A stretch of DNA of 62,862 nucleotides from Guillardia theta CCMP2712 (lineage: Eukaryota > Protista > Cryptophyta), in NCBI RefSeq assembly GCF_000315625.1, contig NW_005434596.1, forward strand, positions 1 through 62,862. The letters are read 5' to 3'. The translations under genes and the position numbers were made by a program. The notes under the pieces were generated by a model. It ran no database searches. It was not told the DNA's origin and was given only the letters and a program-made list of their open reading frames with translations. This document shows positions 50,820 to 62,862 of the stretch, in pieces. Within the stretch, counting starts at the first letter, position 1. Each line of letters begins with the position of its first letter.

Positions 50820-53800
50820 CTAGAAGAGCTTCAGGTGGCTCGCCATGTCCCTGCGTCAAAGTCAATAGCAAACCAGCAAACGAGTCAACTGAGTCACGAG
50901 GACGCACCAAGGGACGAAGAGCTTCTTCTTCTCGTCGTAGATGTAGCAGAAGGCGTCTCCAGCCAACGCGCACGCGTCGACGTAGCTACACACCCACACC
51001 TCGAGCTCGCGTCTGACCATGAGCTGTCCGAGGCCTCCCATCTTGAAGGTGCTGTTATGAGTATCGAGGCTCGGAACGATGTCTTTCCAGGTGTGAAGCA
51101 TCTGACAGTGAAGGTACTTGCTGCTCACAAACCAGTACTGTGACAGCGCGTCGCTCGAGATGTTTGCCGTCCACGTCATCGTGAAACCCTGATACGCCAC
51201 GCTCTCGTCCGCCTCGAACAAAACCTCCAGCACCCGCGAGCTCGCCGTCACCGTCAGGCTGCCGGGCTTGTGCAGGCCCGTGAGCTTGGCGACCTCCGTC
51301 CTCCCGTAGCACTCCAGCGACGCTCCCAGGAGGCCGATGCACTCGTTGATCGTGAGGAAGTCGTATCCCGGCTCGAGGGCGAAGGAGGTGAAGTTGAGGG
51401 AGATGGAGGAGGCGCCTGGAGGCTGGATGATCCACCGGCAGTTGCTCCCGTCCTCGTACAGGCTTGACAGTGCCGACCCGTCGGACAAGGACCCTCTCGC
51501 CTCGTCAAACAGCTGGCACCGGCACTTGCCTGTGCAGGGCTTGAGGGCTGAGCTGCAGATGCTGTCCTGCAGCTCCTGACAGGCTAGCGCGTGCTCCCCG
51601 CTGTTGCAGACAGGGGTCGAGCAAGCCCTGCAGGAGGACCCGGAGACGTACTGGCCGGGAGCACAGCGAACCTTCTTGATGAGGATGCGAGTGTTCTGAC
51701 AGTACTGGCCTGATGACAGCGCGTACAGCTCAGCGTCAGCTCGGATAGACTTGGTCAAGCCGTTGAGGGCCATGACGCGACCAGCAGTCACGTAGTTGTA
51801 GTTTGACGTGGCGTAGACTGTGCCGTCGGACACCACGAGCTGCTGGAGACCCCACGGGTAGCGTGCGATGACGTCAACAGTGTCTGTGTCGTTTGGAGCT
51901 ACTTGCCAGCCGGCCGGCAGCTGGACCATGCCGCACTGAAGCCTCTGGTTGGAGCTCGAGACGGGTCCTTGCAGGGGGTCCCAAGGCTCCGTCATGTTGT
52001 CCATGAGCACGGCGTACTCGTCCCCGCTGCGAGAGGTGACGGCGAAGATCCAACCGCACTGGTAGAGCATCGCATCGGGATAGTCCTGCCTGCACGACCT
52101 CGTGATGTTGCACCGCATGGAGGCTGGCCTCACGACGACGTCGCTCTCCGGTGACGGCGGGGGCTTGCAGGCGAGGCATCGCGTGCCTGACTGGAAGTAT
52201 CCCGGCTGACAGCGCCAAGCGCACTCCTCGTCAGCGGCGTCGAGGAAGTAGGCGAAGTTGGGAGCGTTCATGCAGGGCACACAAGCGCCTTGGCTGCGGT
52301 AGTGACCTGTGCCGCATCGCCACTGGCAGACCTGACCGCTCGACCCGTCGGCTTCCACATAGAGAGCGTTGCTTGGCTTGGGATACCTCGGGTCGCACGA
52401 CGCGCATCCCTCATACGCCTTGTAGTATCCTGCCCGACAGGTCCATCCGCACCCGCCTGGTCCCGAGGAGGCTACCGCGTTGGCCGGTAGACTGCCCGAG
52501 CATGGCGTGCAGTCTTGATCGCCTCGGCCCTCGTAGCCGTCATCGCACTCGAGGCGCACAAGCAGCATCCGCAGGGCGTAGTATCCGTTGTCGCAGGACG
52601 AGAGGGCGTAAGAGCTGCCGCTGCGGTAGAGCATGTTGCTGAAGATGCTGGTGCCGGGCGTTTGGTAGCTCATGTAGTCCTGGTAAGGCTGCGCCGTCTG
52701 GTAAGCGACTCCGTTGGCGAGCACGACGGCTCGAGCTCCCCATGGGTACGACCCGGCGACTCTCACAGCTTCCTCGCTCCATGGCGCCAGCGCCCAGCCC
52801 GCAGGAGGCTGCTGGTACATGGAGCCGTCATGCTGACAGCTGAGGTTGAGCGACGTGGGAGCGACGTCATCCAAGGCCGCGTAGACCTTGCCGAGGTACC
52901 TCACCACGTGCGTCAAGCTGTTGCTGACGTTACACGCCTCTCCATGGCTCTCGCCGCTCGCGCAGGCCCACTGGCATGAGTTGGGCTGGTCCAGCAGGCC
53001 CGGGGTAGAGTAGAAGGCGTAGGGGGGGATGGGGTTCGTGCAGGGGAAGCACACCATCCACTCGGAGCTCCGGTAGAAGCCGGCGTTGCACTCCCAGGGA
53101 CACTTGCTGTCCGCATACTGGCTGGGGCTGGAGGGAAGAGCGTAGCTGGCGTTGGCAGGGATGGGGTTGGAGCAGGGGTAGCAGTAGGAGCCGGAGAGGT
53201 AGAACCCGGGAGCACAGAAGAGCGACATGAGAAGAATGTCGCTGCACGTACTCCAAGATCGATACATACCGTCATATCCGATCAGTGAGTTGGATCCCCA
53301 TCTATAAGGATAGTTACAGCATTGACAGCTGCTGGTGTACCAGATAGAGCTGTCGGATAGCTGGAGGTAACATACTCCCCACCGCTGAGTCGCGATCGCC
53401 ATCTGACTGTCCCAGGTGTTCGCAGCTATCGCCCAGCCGTCAGGGATGCTGCTGAAGGTCAATGGTGTGTTGCACTGGTAAGGTTCGTCAGGCCGGTGGC
53501 CTTGTAGGGTGGTGTAGTATCGGTTGCCGTACTGGAACATCTCGCACTTGCTGGCGTTGACATTGCTCCCTCCCCCCTGAGATTGATAGTGACCGAAGTC
53601 ACACGCCCAGCCGCATGCCGTCCCGTTGCTGCCCTCCCGCAGCCAGTGAGCCGCCCGCGGCTTCCTGCCCTCGCACGCGACGCACTGACCGTCCTTGAGG
53701 AGGTAGCCCGCGCTGCATCGCCACCCGCACTCTGTCCACGACCCGTTGACCCCTCCCGGCCCGTACGCTACGTACTCCGCGTGCTCCGGCGCCGTCTCGC

Positions 53801-54986
53801 ACGCCTGACACGCCTCGCCTCGTCGCGTGTAGCCGGGCTCGCAGGCCCACGGGCAGACGCTGTCGGCGTAGCGGCTGGGGTCCTGCTGGGCGACGTAGAG
53901 GGCATGAGGGGGGATGGGGTTAGAGCAGTTGCCGCAGCTCGAGTCGTTACGGAGGTAGTAGCCCGCCGCGCAGTACTGCGACACGAGCAGGATCGACCCG
54001 CACGATTCTGACGACCTGTACATGCCGTCGTATGACACCAGCGAGTAGCAGCAGGTAGACTGAGGCGACGACGACGAATAACACCGAGAGCTGTACCAGG
54101 TAGTGCTGTCAGACATCATTAGGGTGCAGGAGCGCCAAGGGTACATCCACGCTGTCATGCGGCTGTCCCAGGTGTTCGCAGCTATCGCCCAGCCTGCCGG
54201 GATCGCCTTCAGCCCTTGATTGCAGTTGTAGTAGTAGTAGTAGTAGTCACTATTTTCCCAGTTCCATGGGGGAGAGCCGTCGAGGGTGGCGTAGTATCGG
54301 TTGCCGTAGGAGCGCAGCGGCAGACAGTCTCCGTCTGCCGACGCGAAGTAGCCGAAGTCGCACGCCCAGCCGCATGCCGTCCCGTTGCTGCCCTCCCGCA
54401 GCCAGTGAGCCGCCCGCGGCTTCCTGCCCTCGCACGCGACGCACTGACCGTCCTTGAGGAGGTAGCCCGCGCTGCATCGCCACCCGCACTCCGTCCACGA
54501 CCCGTTGACTCCTCCCGGCCCGTACGCTACGTACTCCGCGTGCTCCGGCGCCGTCTCGCACGCCTGACACGCCTCGCCTCGTCGCGTGTAGCCGGGCTCG
54601 CAGGCCCACGGGCAGACGCTGTCGGCGTAGCGGCTGTGGTCCTGCTGGGCGACGTAGAGGGCATGAGGGGGGATGGGGTTAGAGCAGTTGCCGCAGCTCG
54701 AGTCGTTACGGAGGTAGTAGCCTGCCGCGCAGTACTGCGACACGAGCAGGATCGACCCGCACGATTCTGACGACCTGTACATGCCGTCGTACGACACCAG
54801 CGAGTAGCTGTATGTAGACTGAGGCGACGACGACGACGTACACCGAGAGCTGTACCAGGCAGAGCTGTCAGACATCATTAGGGTGCAGGAGCGCCAAGGG
54901 TACATCCACGCTGTCATGCGGCTGTCCCAGGTGTTCGCAGCTATCGCCCAGCCCGCCGGGATCGCCTTCAGCCCTTGATTGCAGTT

Positions 54987-55017
<31 letters not shown>

Positions 55018-58000
55018 GAGTAGTAGTAGTAGTAGTCACTATTTTCCCAGTTCCATGGGGGAGAGCCGTCGAGGGTGGCGTAGTATCGGTTGCCGTAGGA
55101 GCGCAGCGGCAGACAGTCTCCGTCTGAAGACGCGAAGTAGCCGAAGTCGCACGCCCAGCCGCATGCCGTCCCGTTGCTGCCCTCCCGCAGCCAGTGAGCC
55201 GCCCGCGGCTTCCTGCCCTCGCACGCGACGCACTGACCGTCCTTGAGGAGGTAGCCCGCGCTGCATCGCCACCCGCACTCTGTCCACGACCCGTTGACCC
55301 CTCCCGGCCCGTACGCTACGTACTCCGCGTGCTCCGGCGCCGTCTCGCACGCCTGACACGCCTCGCCTCGTCGCGTGTAGCCGGGCTCGCAGGCCCACGG
55401 GCAGACGCTGTCGGCGTAGCGGCTGGGGTCCTGCTGGGCGACGTAGAGGGCATGAGGGGGGATGGGGTTAGAGCAGTTGCCGCAGCTCGAGTCGTTACGG
55501 AGGTAGTAGCCCGCCGCGCAGTACTGCGACACGAGCAGGATCGACCCGCACGATTCTGACGACCTGTACATGCCGTCGTATGACACCAGCGAGTAGCAGC
55601 AGGTAGACTGAGGCGACGACGACGAATAACACCGAGAGCTGTACCAGGTAGTGCTGTCAGACATCATTAGGGTGCAGGAGCGCCAAGGGTACATCCACGC
55701 TGTCATGCGGCTGTCCCAGGTGTTCGCAGCTATCGCCCAGCCCGCCGGGATCGCCTTCAGCCCTTGATTGCAGTTGTCGTAGTAGTAGTAGTAGTAGTCA
55801 CTATTTTCCCAGTTCCATGGGGGAGAGCCGTCGAGGGTGGCGTAGTATCGGTTGCCGTAGGAGCGCAGCGGCAGACAGTCTCCGTCTTCCGACGCGAAGT
55901 AGCCGAAGTCGCACGCCCAGCCGCATGCCGTCCCGTTGCTGCCCTCCCGCAGCCAGTGAGCCGCCCGCGGCTTCCTGCCCTCGCACGCGACGCACTGACC
56001 GTCCTTGAGGAGGTAGCCCGCGCTGCATCGCCATTGGCACTCGTACTCGACCTCGTGTCTCATCGTCAGCTGGACATACTCAGCATGGGCTGGCAGCGTC
56101 GCTCGGTCACAAGCTACACAATGATCGGCTTGCTGCTTGAAGCCGGCGTTACACACGTATGCACAGGTGGAGATGAGCTGGTTGTCTGCTGCTATCAGAC
56201 TGCCATATGACGAGTTGGTAGGCAGCGCGTTACTGCAGGGCACACAGCTGGAGCCGCTCTTGAGATATCCCGGGGCACATTCGGTAGACCTCAGCAGAAC
56301 TCCCTTGTCACAACCATTTGCCTTGTACATGCCGTTGTAGGAGCTCAGATATCCCCAGCTGTATTGCTGGGGGCTGGTAGAGCTAGTGCCGCGAGCTGTG
56401 TACCACAGAGAGCCATCTGAAAACACCAAGTAGTACGATCCCCAGGTGAAGTACCAGGTGACGTACTGACTGTCCTGGTTGTTGGGGGCGAGCTCCCATC
56501 CTGCTGGTACCGGCAAGTACGGGTCGTCACGGCAGGTGTAGGGGTCGTTGGGAGCTCTGCCGCTCAGAGTCGTGTAGTATCTTCCGGCGTACTTGGTCCC
56601 GACGCACCTTCCGTTGCTCCTCACATACCCGAACCGACATGACCACTCGCACTGTCTCCCGCTGACTTCGCCTGCTGTGAAGTAGGCGAACTCTGGCAGA
56701 CTCGTCTCGCAGGCTTTGCATGCCCCGTCTTGGAGGTAGTAGCCTGCATGGCACGTCCAGCTGCAGCTCTCTCCGGGCTCGCTCGTGGTGTACACAGCAT
56801 TGGGAGGGGCTACCGAGCAGGCGACACAAGAGCTCCCGTAAGCATCCCTGTAATAGCCGGCGTCGCATCGCCAGTCGCAATTGTTCTTGTTTGCAGGCGA
56901 GCCGCTGCTGTTGTAGGTGGCGTGATTAGGCTTGTAGCTGCTGCACGGAATGCAGCGGGTCATGTTGGAGGGATCCCTGTAGTAGCCCGCGAGACAGTCC
57001 TCTGCTACCACCAGCACCGTCCCACAGCTGTCTCTTGACACGAACATCCCGTCGTAGCTGTACAGTCGCGACGTACAGCACATGCCTCCGTATCCTGTGT
57101 TCCATGCCGTCCCGTCCTCCAGCACGACATTGCTGGCCCCCCACGGGTACTGAGATACCACAGAGATGCTGTCGCCTGTGTTGGGCGCTATCATCCACCC
57201 CTCCGGCAGAGCTCTCGCTACCTCCCAGCTGCAGGTCGAGCTGTCGTAGGGAGCCCTCCCTCCCAAGCTCGCATAGCGCTGTCCGTTGTATCCTACGGTG
57301 ATGTCGTCGCAAGAGCTGCTCCCGCTCTGACGATAACCAAAGTCGCACGCCCACGAGCAGCCTGACCCCTCCCAGTGAGCGTTGGGAGGCAGCGAAGACG
57401 CGCAGGCCTCGCATCGCCATCCGTCGACCTCGCGATAGCCCGGCAAGCAGCTCCAAGCACAGCTGTCTGCCTTGCCCATCAGCCCGGCGCCCACGTAGAC
57501 GGCAGCAGAAGGCTTGCCCGCACACTTGGAGCACGTCGAGCCTGACGGGTAGAAGCCAACCTGACAGCTCCACCCGCAGCTGCTCGTCTCCTGAGGGTAG
57601 GGCGAGAGCACGTACTGTGCGCCGGAAGGGATGGTGTTGGAGCATGGGACACAGCGAGACGCGTTCGTCAATCCGCTTGCAGAGTCTGCAGGAGCGACGG
57701 CCATGTAGCCTGATGCGCATACGGGAGCGAGGAGCAGAACTCGAGCTTCGCAATCTGACGAGCGATAGTAAACTCTGTCATACGTCGAGAGATAGCCGCT
57801 GCTGTAGTACGAGCCCGGGTATTGCATGTAGTAATAAAACCAATAATACCAGTTATCTTCTGACATGACGCTGTTAGTGTAGTAGCTCGAGCTGCTGTCC
57901 AGCACAAGCCGAAGAGCTCCCCAGTCGTACTTGGCGGTGACGTTGATGCTGATCTCGTTGTCCGGAGCGATCGACCAGCCCGCAGGCAGCGGCAGGTACT

Positions 58001-59871
58001 CCTGCCATTCCGACACACAGCTCCACATGGAGTACTGCGACGTAGGACCGTACCCGCCAAGAGTCGAGAACACGTACCCCTCCTCTTCCACTACCTCCTG
58101 CCAGGCACAGGAGTCCGCCCCCTCCCCGCGCCCTGCCGACACAAACACAGCGTTGGCCGGCCTCTTGGTGCAGGGCATGCACATGCTCCCTGACTTGTAG
58201 AAGCCAACGTCGCACGTCCACCCGCAGAGCTCGTTGGAGTAGCTGGCGTTGCTGGGCTTCCCTTCGCACTCAGCGCAGCTCTCGCCTTTGAGGTGGAACC
58301 CGGGTTGGCATATCCAATCGCACGACTGCGATGCCGTAGAGAAGTCGGAGGAGTAGATGGAGTTGGGAGGGATGGAGTTGTTGCACAGCACGCACGGCAA
58401 GTCAAGCATCACATACGGCGACGGCACACCAGAGACAAGCAGACGAGCCTCACGGTCGGGCATGGAGAAAGACGTCAAAGTTGACCCCCTGCCGTCGCTC
58501 ATCATGTACATGGTCGAGAAGTAGGTGTTCTGCAAGCCGATTGCGACCCGCAAGGTGTTGTTGGCAAAGAAAGTCACCTCGAAGATGAGATTCGGATGCC
58601 CCGGGAGCCCCGAGGTAGACGAGGTCCCCTCGAACCTCACCACGTATCCCCGCATGTCTCCCTCCCTGGTGGGGGTCCCGACGATCAGCTGGGCTGAAGT
58701 GTCTCCAGCTCCGACAAACAGAGTCGGGACGTAAGGATTGCTGGCTGACAGGGAGGTGTAGGTCGACCAGGCTTGTCCGAAGGTCAGGTAGCTATTGGAC
58801 GATATGTACACCGATGATTGCACGTTGTTGCCTCCCACGCAGAAGGGAAACCCAAGGTCCGGCACTCTCCAGCTCCCGTCATCGACAGAGCTTGGCGAGA
58901 GGATGTAGGACCAATTTCTTCCTACCGCCAGGTCTGACTTGAGGTAGGACGTGTTGAGGATCGTCGCATTCGGAGGGCCTTGGAAGTGCGCAGGCGCTGG
59001 GTCGGCAGTCGCGGAGTCTCGATACCTCGTGGAGCAGAAGTCTGGGGTCTGACCTTGCGGGCATCCCACGTACACGATCAGTATCCGCATGTTGCAAGAC
59101 GCCGGCCAGTACAAGCCGTCGCTGCTGCGTAGAGAGGAGCCTCCATTGGAGCAATACCAGCAGTTTGTGCGATAGTATGAGCCGCTTTCGACCAACATGT
59201 AATCGGTTCCCCAAGTGTACTGACTGATGACTTCTCTCGATAGCCAGTCATCCGGAGCGATGGCCCAGCCCTTCGGCAGCCGCAAGGCTTGTGTCTGGCA
59301 GTCTTCGTTGCTGCTTGTCCTCTCCGACATGTAGTATGTGCCGTCGAGGGTGGCAAACTTTCTGCCGCCGTACATGACGCTAGGAAGATCGTCTCCGCGC
59401 CGCTCTCCATCATCCTCGGATATCTGATAAATGTAAGGTCAGCAGCTGATGCTTCAGAGATCGTCATGTTACCACGGAGTTGTCGCGGAGCGAGTACTTG
59501 CTGTCCGCAGATCCCACAGATCGCTGGAGGTCGACATGAAGCGCTCTCAAGTGCGCATTTGATGATGCAAGCGAAGTAGAAACTCCTTTGCGATGAGCTC
59601 GATCGCCTTGACTCATCGGGCGCAGCTTGTCAGAAGCCGGCATCTTGCTTGAAGAGGAGCGCAGCTGACGGTCAAGAGAGTCCTCCTGAGCGATCAATTG
59701 CTGGATCTCCATCAGGCGTGAGGTGATGGGGGACGAGGCAGATCTCTGAGAGGGGCTGGTAGGCTGTTGATGCAGAGCATCGTCTCCTGTGGCTGAAACA
59801 GAAGCAGAGACAGAGAAAACAAGAAGGAAAGCGAAAACAATCCCAAGACTCATCAGGCTGATGCGAGCCAT
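50820..59871 (-). CDS. Giant secreted cysteine-rich repeat protein, paralogue B (intact, ~2,980 aa; NIDO-like, TNFR-like repeats, C-terminal CUB)
   Basis: ATG 59871 with signal peptide. Introns 59424-59472 and 50851-50907 restore the frame, and the last exon reads ..W-DMASHLKLF*. CUB motif CRWIIQPP..ISLNFTSFALEPGYDFLTI..FEADESVAYQGF. No C-terminal TM seen. Confidence 0.9.
53590..56033 (-). repeat. Three intragenic tandem repeats (periods ~759 and ~789 bp), each with a (TAC)n poly-Tyr microsatellite
   Basis: Anchor gccttcagcccttgattgcag at 54205, 54964 and 55753. (GTA)n tracts of different lengths follow each anchor. Confidence 0.95.
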
Positions 59872-60818
59872 GTCGCGAGAAAATTGAGACTGGAAGAAGA
59901 GATCGGTCAGAACACAATATATTTGCAGGGCTTTAAAAGCACGATTAAGTCACAAGATAGTGAGAATGGTCGAGTGTTGGCAAGGTTTGCAGTCAAAGAG
60001 CTATGATTGCACTGCGAAACATCGGACTAGAGCTGAGATATTCGAAGGGGACAACATGAAGTGAGGAGAGGATGATTCATTTCTAGAGCGATTGAGGAGG
60101 AGAGCAAGGAAAGGAAGCATTTGGAGGGCACAGGAGAGCAGAAGCCGGGCAAGGCCATGGCCATGGGGAGCGGGAGGGATCAAGAGGATAAGTGCCAGCG
60201 ATCAAATAAAGGATACTAGTCGTCTTTGAGTAAAGGAGTGAGTCGTCCACCCCCTTTCCTCTCGAGTTCTGCGTGACTACCCCGACCCTAATTGACTTAG
60301 GAAGTACCCCTCCCGTCGAAAGGCAATTAGTCAGCTACACACCCCTGTGATTAATGACCCACCCTAGCAACGCAGACACGCCCGTGATCTTCTCTTCGAC
60401 CACCGGTCCTGATGTCAACTTTGGTACTCGAGCAGTTGTGGAGCTAGTTGAATGTTCCCTCTTTCCACCCCACCCTGCCCTACCGTACCCTGCCCTACCG
60501 TGCCGTACCCACCACCTCAACCGAAAATTGATTTTAGTTCCCCTACCCCTCCTCATGATGCTCAACTCACTTCTATTTGACATCCCTCTTGCTACGTCTC
60601 GTGGGCATACCCCTACTATGCCCTCCCACCCTACCCCTGTCTCTCGCTTAATTGCCCATTACTGAGATTCCATGGGGTCGTGACCCTTGTCAGAGTCTTG
60701 TCAGTGACCCCCGGCCCATTTTAGAACAGTGTCCTCTGAGTCACTGAAACTCCGGCAGCCCCGGGCCCGGGCTGACTCCGGCAGCCCCGGACTTCGGCGG
60801 ATCAGAGAGATCGGGCTC

Positions 60819-62862
60819 ATGGCGGGGGTAGAGGTCGCGCGGGCGGGAGGATATGAGCAGGGGGAGATGATGGACTGGGAGGACGGGAACAGACGTTGTC
60901 TCGTCAGGTAGACTGATGTTCCTCCTCCTGTATCCCCTCCCATGTCTGCGCTCTCTGGCTCTTTCTCTCTTTCCCACTTGCTTGTCCTCCTCGGACTGCT
61001 GTTTGACGCTTGATCCTGGTAAGGTTTCGCCATGGCGAGGAGACATGCTGGATCAATGACAGTTTGATCCGTCTGATACCCGAAGAGCATGATCGCGCTG
61101 GGTTCAGTCCGTCTCCCGGGGATGTTGTCGAGGCAGCGTTGCCCGACGAGAATGGGAACTTGAGGTACTGGTGGGAAGGAGTAGTGAACGAGGCAAAAGG
61201 AAATTTCTTTGTCGTCGAGTTTCCCCATGAGCGACACTCGAAGAAGAAGGAAGTGGTAGAATTGGATCATCTCAGGCCAACTTACGGACACCCTACGTTG
61301 TGCATCGAAAAGAAGATGATCGAATTTCCTCCGAACATGCAAGCCTCCAATGAAAGAGTTGAGAAGTTCCTTGATTCCAAACTCAAGAACGTCATCGGCA
61401 TTGTAAGCATGCATTGCTTTCTTCCTCCAATCCTTTATTAACTCTCCATTTCTAGAGAGGACTGATGACGTCGAAGCTGGATGTTGAGAACAGACATTTA
61501 TGCTTGATAGGAACGGTTGTGACTCTGACCTTGCCTTGACGATTTCATATTGACTTCCCTATAGCTTCCTGCAGTGGAGGTTGCCTCAAATCTCGTGGAT
61601 ATAATCTTCACACAAGTATGCTGAAGATGAGACAAGTGGAACTCGATCTGACAGTCTTTCGAGGCCATACACATGAATCTCGTGAACAATGCGCAGAAGA
61701 ATACAGTGAGTAGCTTCCTGATTGTACATCGTTTGAAGTGAAGGTGTGAACAGGAATTTATCAACGTGGAGAAGAAATATGGTGACCTCGACTTTGCAGT
61801 TGCTCTTCGCTGGCTCTGACAAAGGTTGGCAGCATGCGTGAGCTTCCAAGTTGATCCCAGGTACCTGGGGCTCGTGATCGGACCCCAAGGAAGAAACTTG
61901 AAACCAGCCAAGGAGATTCAAGGTGAAACAAGTCGGATTGCTCTGCTCATTGTAATGAATGCGCGTGAAGGCATTCAGAGCATCGATGTGTATGCCAACG
62001 GACTTGTCAACATCTACGGGGACAATCAGAATGTGTGAATCTTATAGCACTGCTGCTATCTCGGTCTTGGTCTTTCCTGACACTCCTCTGCTTCATACCA
62101 GGTGGTGGAAGAAGCTCGGAAGGAGCTGGAGCTGGTGACAGAGAAGTAGGTCGGGTTTGAGAGTTGGAGTGATGTTGATCGATGTGCTCGAAGCATTCCA
62201 ATCCATCGGAATCAAGTTGGGCTGATCATAGGGAAGGGAGGATCCCAGGTAAGGAAAAGTTCTCCTTTGGATTGAAGAATGTCGATGTGAGGTTGAGATT
62301 GTTAGATCATTGAGCTGCAAAAGTTTTCGTCCTCTCGAATGGTCGTCAAGCAGGTTGGACGATCAGCGAATATCCTTGTGTGGGAAATTTTGTTTTATCT
62401 TGTTTGCAGGTGGAGGATACTGAAGAAGCATATTACATCCAAATGTTTGGAACTCGGCATTCAATAGAGACGGGGCAGGTGATTTTTCATCGCTTTCAAG
62501 CTGCGATAAGGTCAGCTGACGCTATCTTAGGCGCTTGTCAAATATTTGATCTCAACTTTCCAAGAGAAAGAGGAGAAGCAGGTCATTGATTGAAGCTTTC
62601 AGACTCTTCTCTCCTCTTCTCTACTGCCTCTTCCATTCCTCTCTCCTTCACCCGTCTCTCCTCTTTTCTCTTCTCCTTCTCTCCCTCCCTTTTCCCTCTC
62701 TCCCTCTGTCTGTTTTGCTTCGCTCCCTCCATCTTCATTTGCTCTTGCCCCCTTTCAATCCCGCTTGTTTCCTCGTCTCTGAGTGATTCTCCCCTTTCCA
62801 GGCTTTGATATCGAATCTTTCCGACGAGCTGAGAACCATGTCCCATCGCAAGCTCAGACCTG
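60819..62862 (+). CDS. FMR1/FXR-like RNA-binding protein (Agenet/Tudor + tandem KH). The 3' end probably lies beyond the window.
   Basis: GDVVEA..YWWEGVVNEAKGNFFVVEF..EVVELDHLR (Agenet); FQVDPRYLGLVIGPQGRNLKPAKEIQ|GIQSIDV..IYGDNQN|VVEEARKELE (KH1); IHRNQVGLIIGKGGSQ (KH2). Confidence 0.8.

Noticed and set aside
59424-59472. Apparent frameshift near the start of paralogue B (and the break at 8154-8157 in A)
   Set aside because: It falls in a 49/50-nt GT-AG intron whose removal restores the frame in both copies.

Overview
Gene-dense eukaryotic nuclear DNA with short (~50 nt) GT-AG introns. Signal peptide+LRGG presequences and a Fanzor suggest an alga with a complex red plastid, probably a cryptophyte such as Guillardia theta (inference). 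The main feature is a ~2.9-kb transposon-like element (~47293-50221). It carries an intronless 642-aa Fanzor (eukaryotic TnpB-like RNA-guided RuvC nuclease) with an intact catalytic triad, TA-flanked imperfect terminal inverted repeats, a foldable omega-RNA-like region after the stop codon, and a higher-order tandem repeat array rich in TTCCCGCC upstream of the ATG. Two direct-repeat paralogues of a ~3,000-aa secreted Cys-rich protein (NIDO-like, TNFR-like repeats, CUB) bracket the window, and their internal repeats carry hypervariable Tyr-rich loops. Other genes: ODA-DC2/CCDC114-like (with an MBD-like insert), Sfi1-like giant protein, tau-tubulin kinase, prefoldin-2-like, COA3-like, MIF, a D-box coiled-coil protein, sucrose-phosphatase-like HAD, Furry/MOR2, a CPA2 antiporter and an FMR1/FXR-like Agenet-KH gene. 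All calls come from motif recognition by eye, with no database search, and exon boundaries are approximate unless stated.
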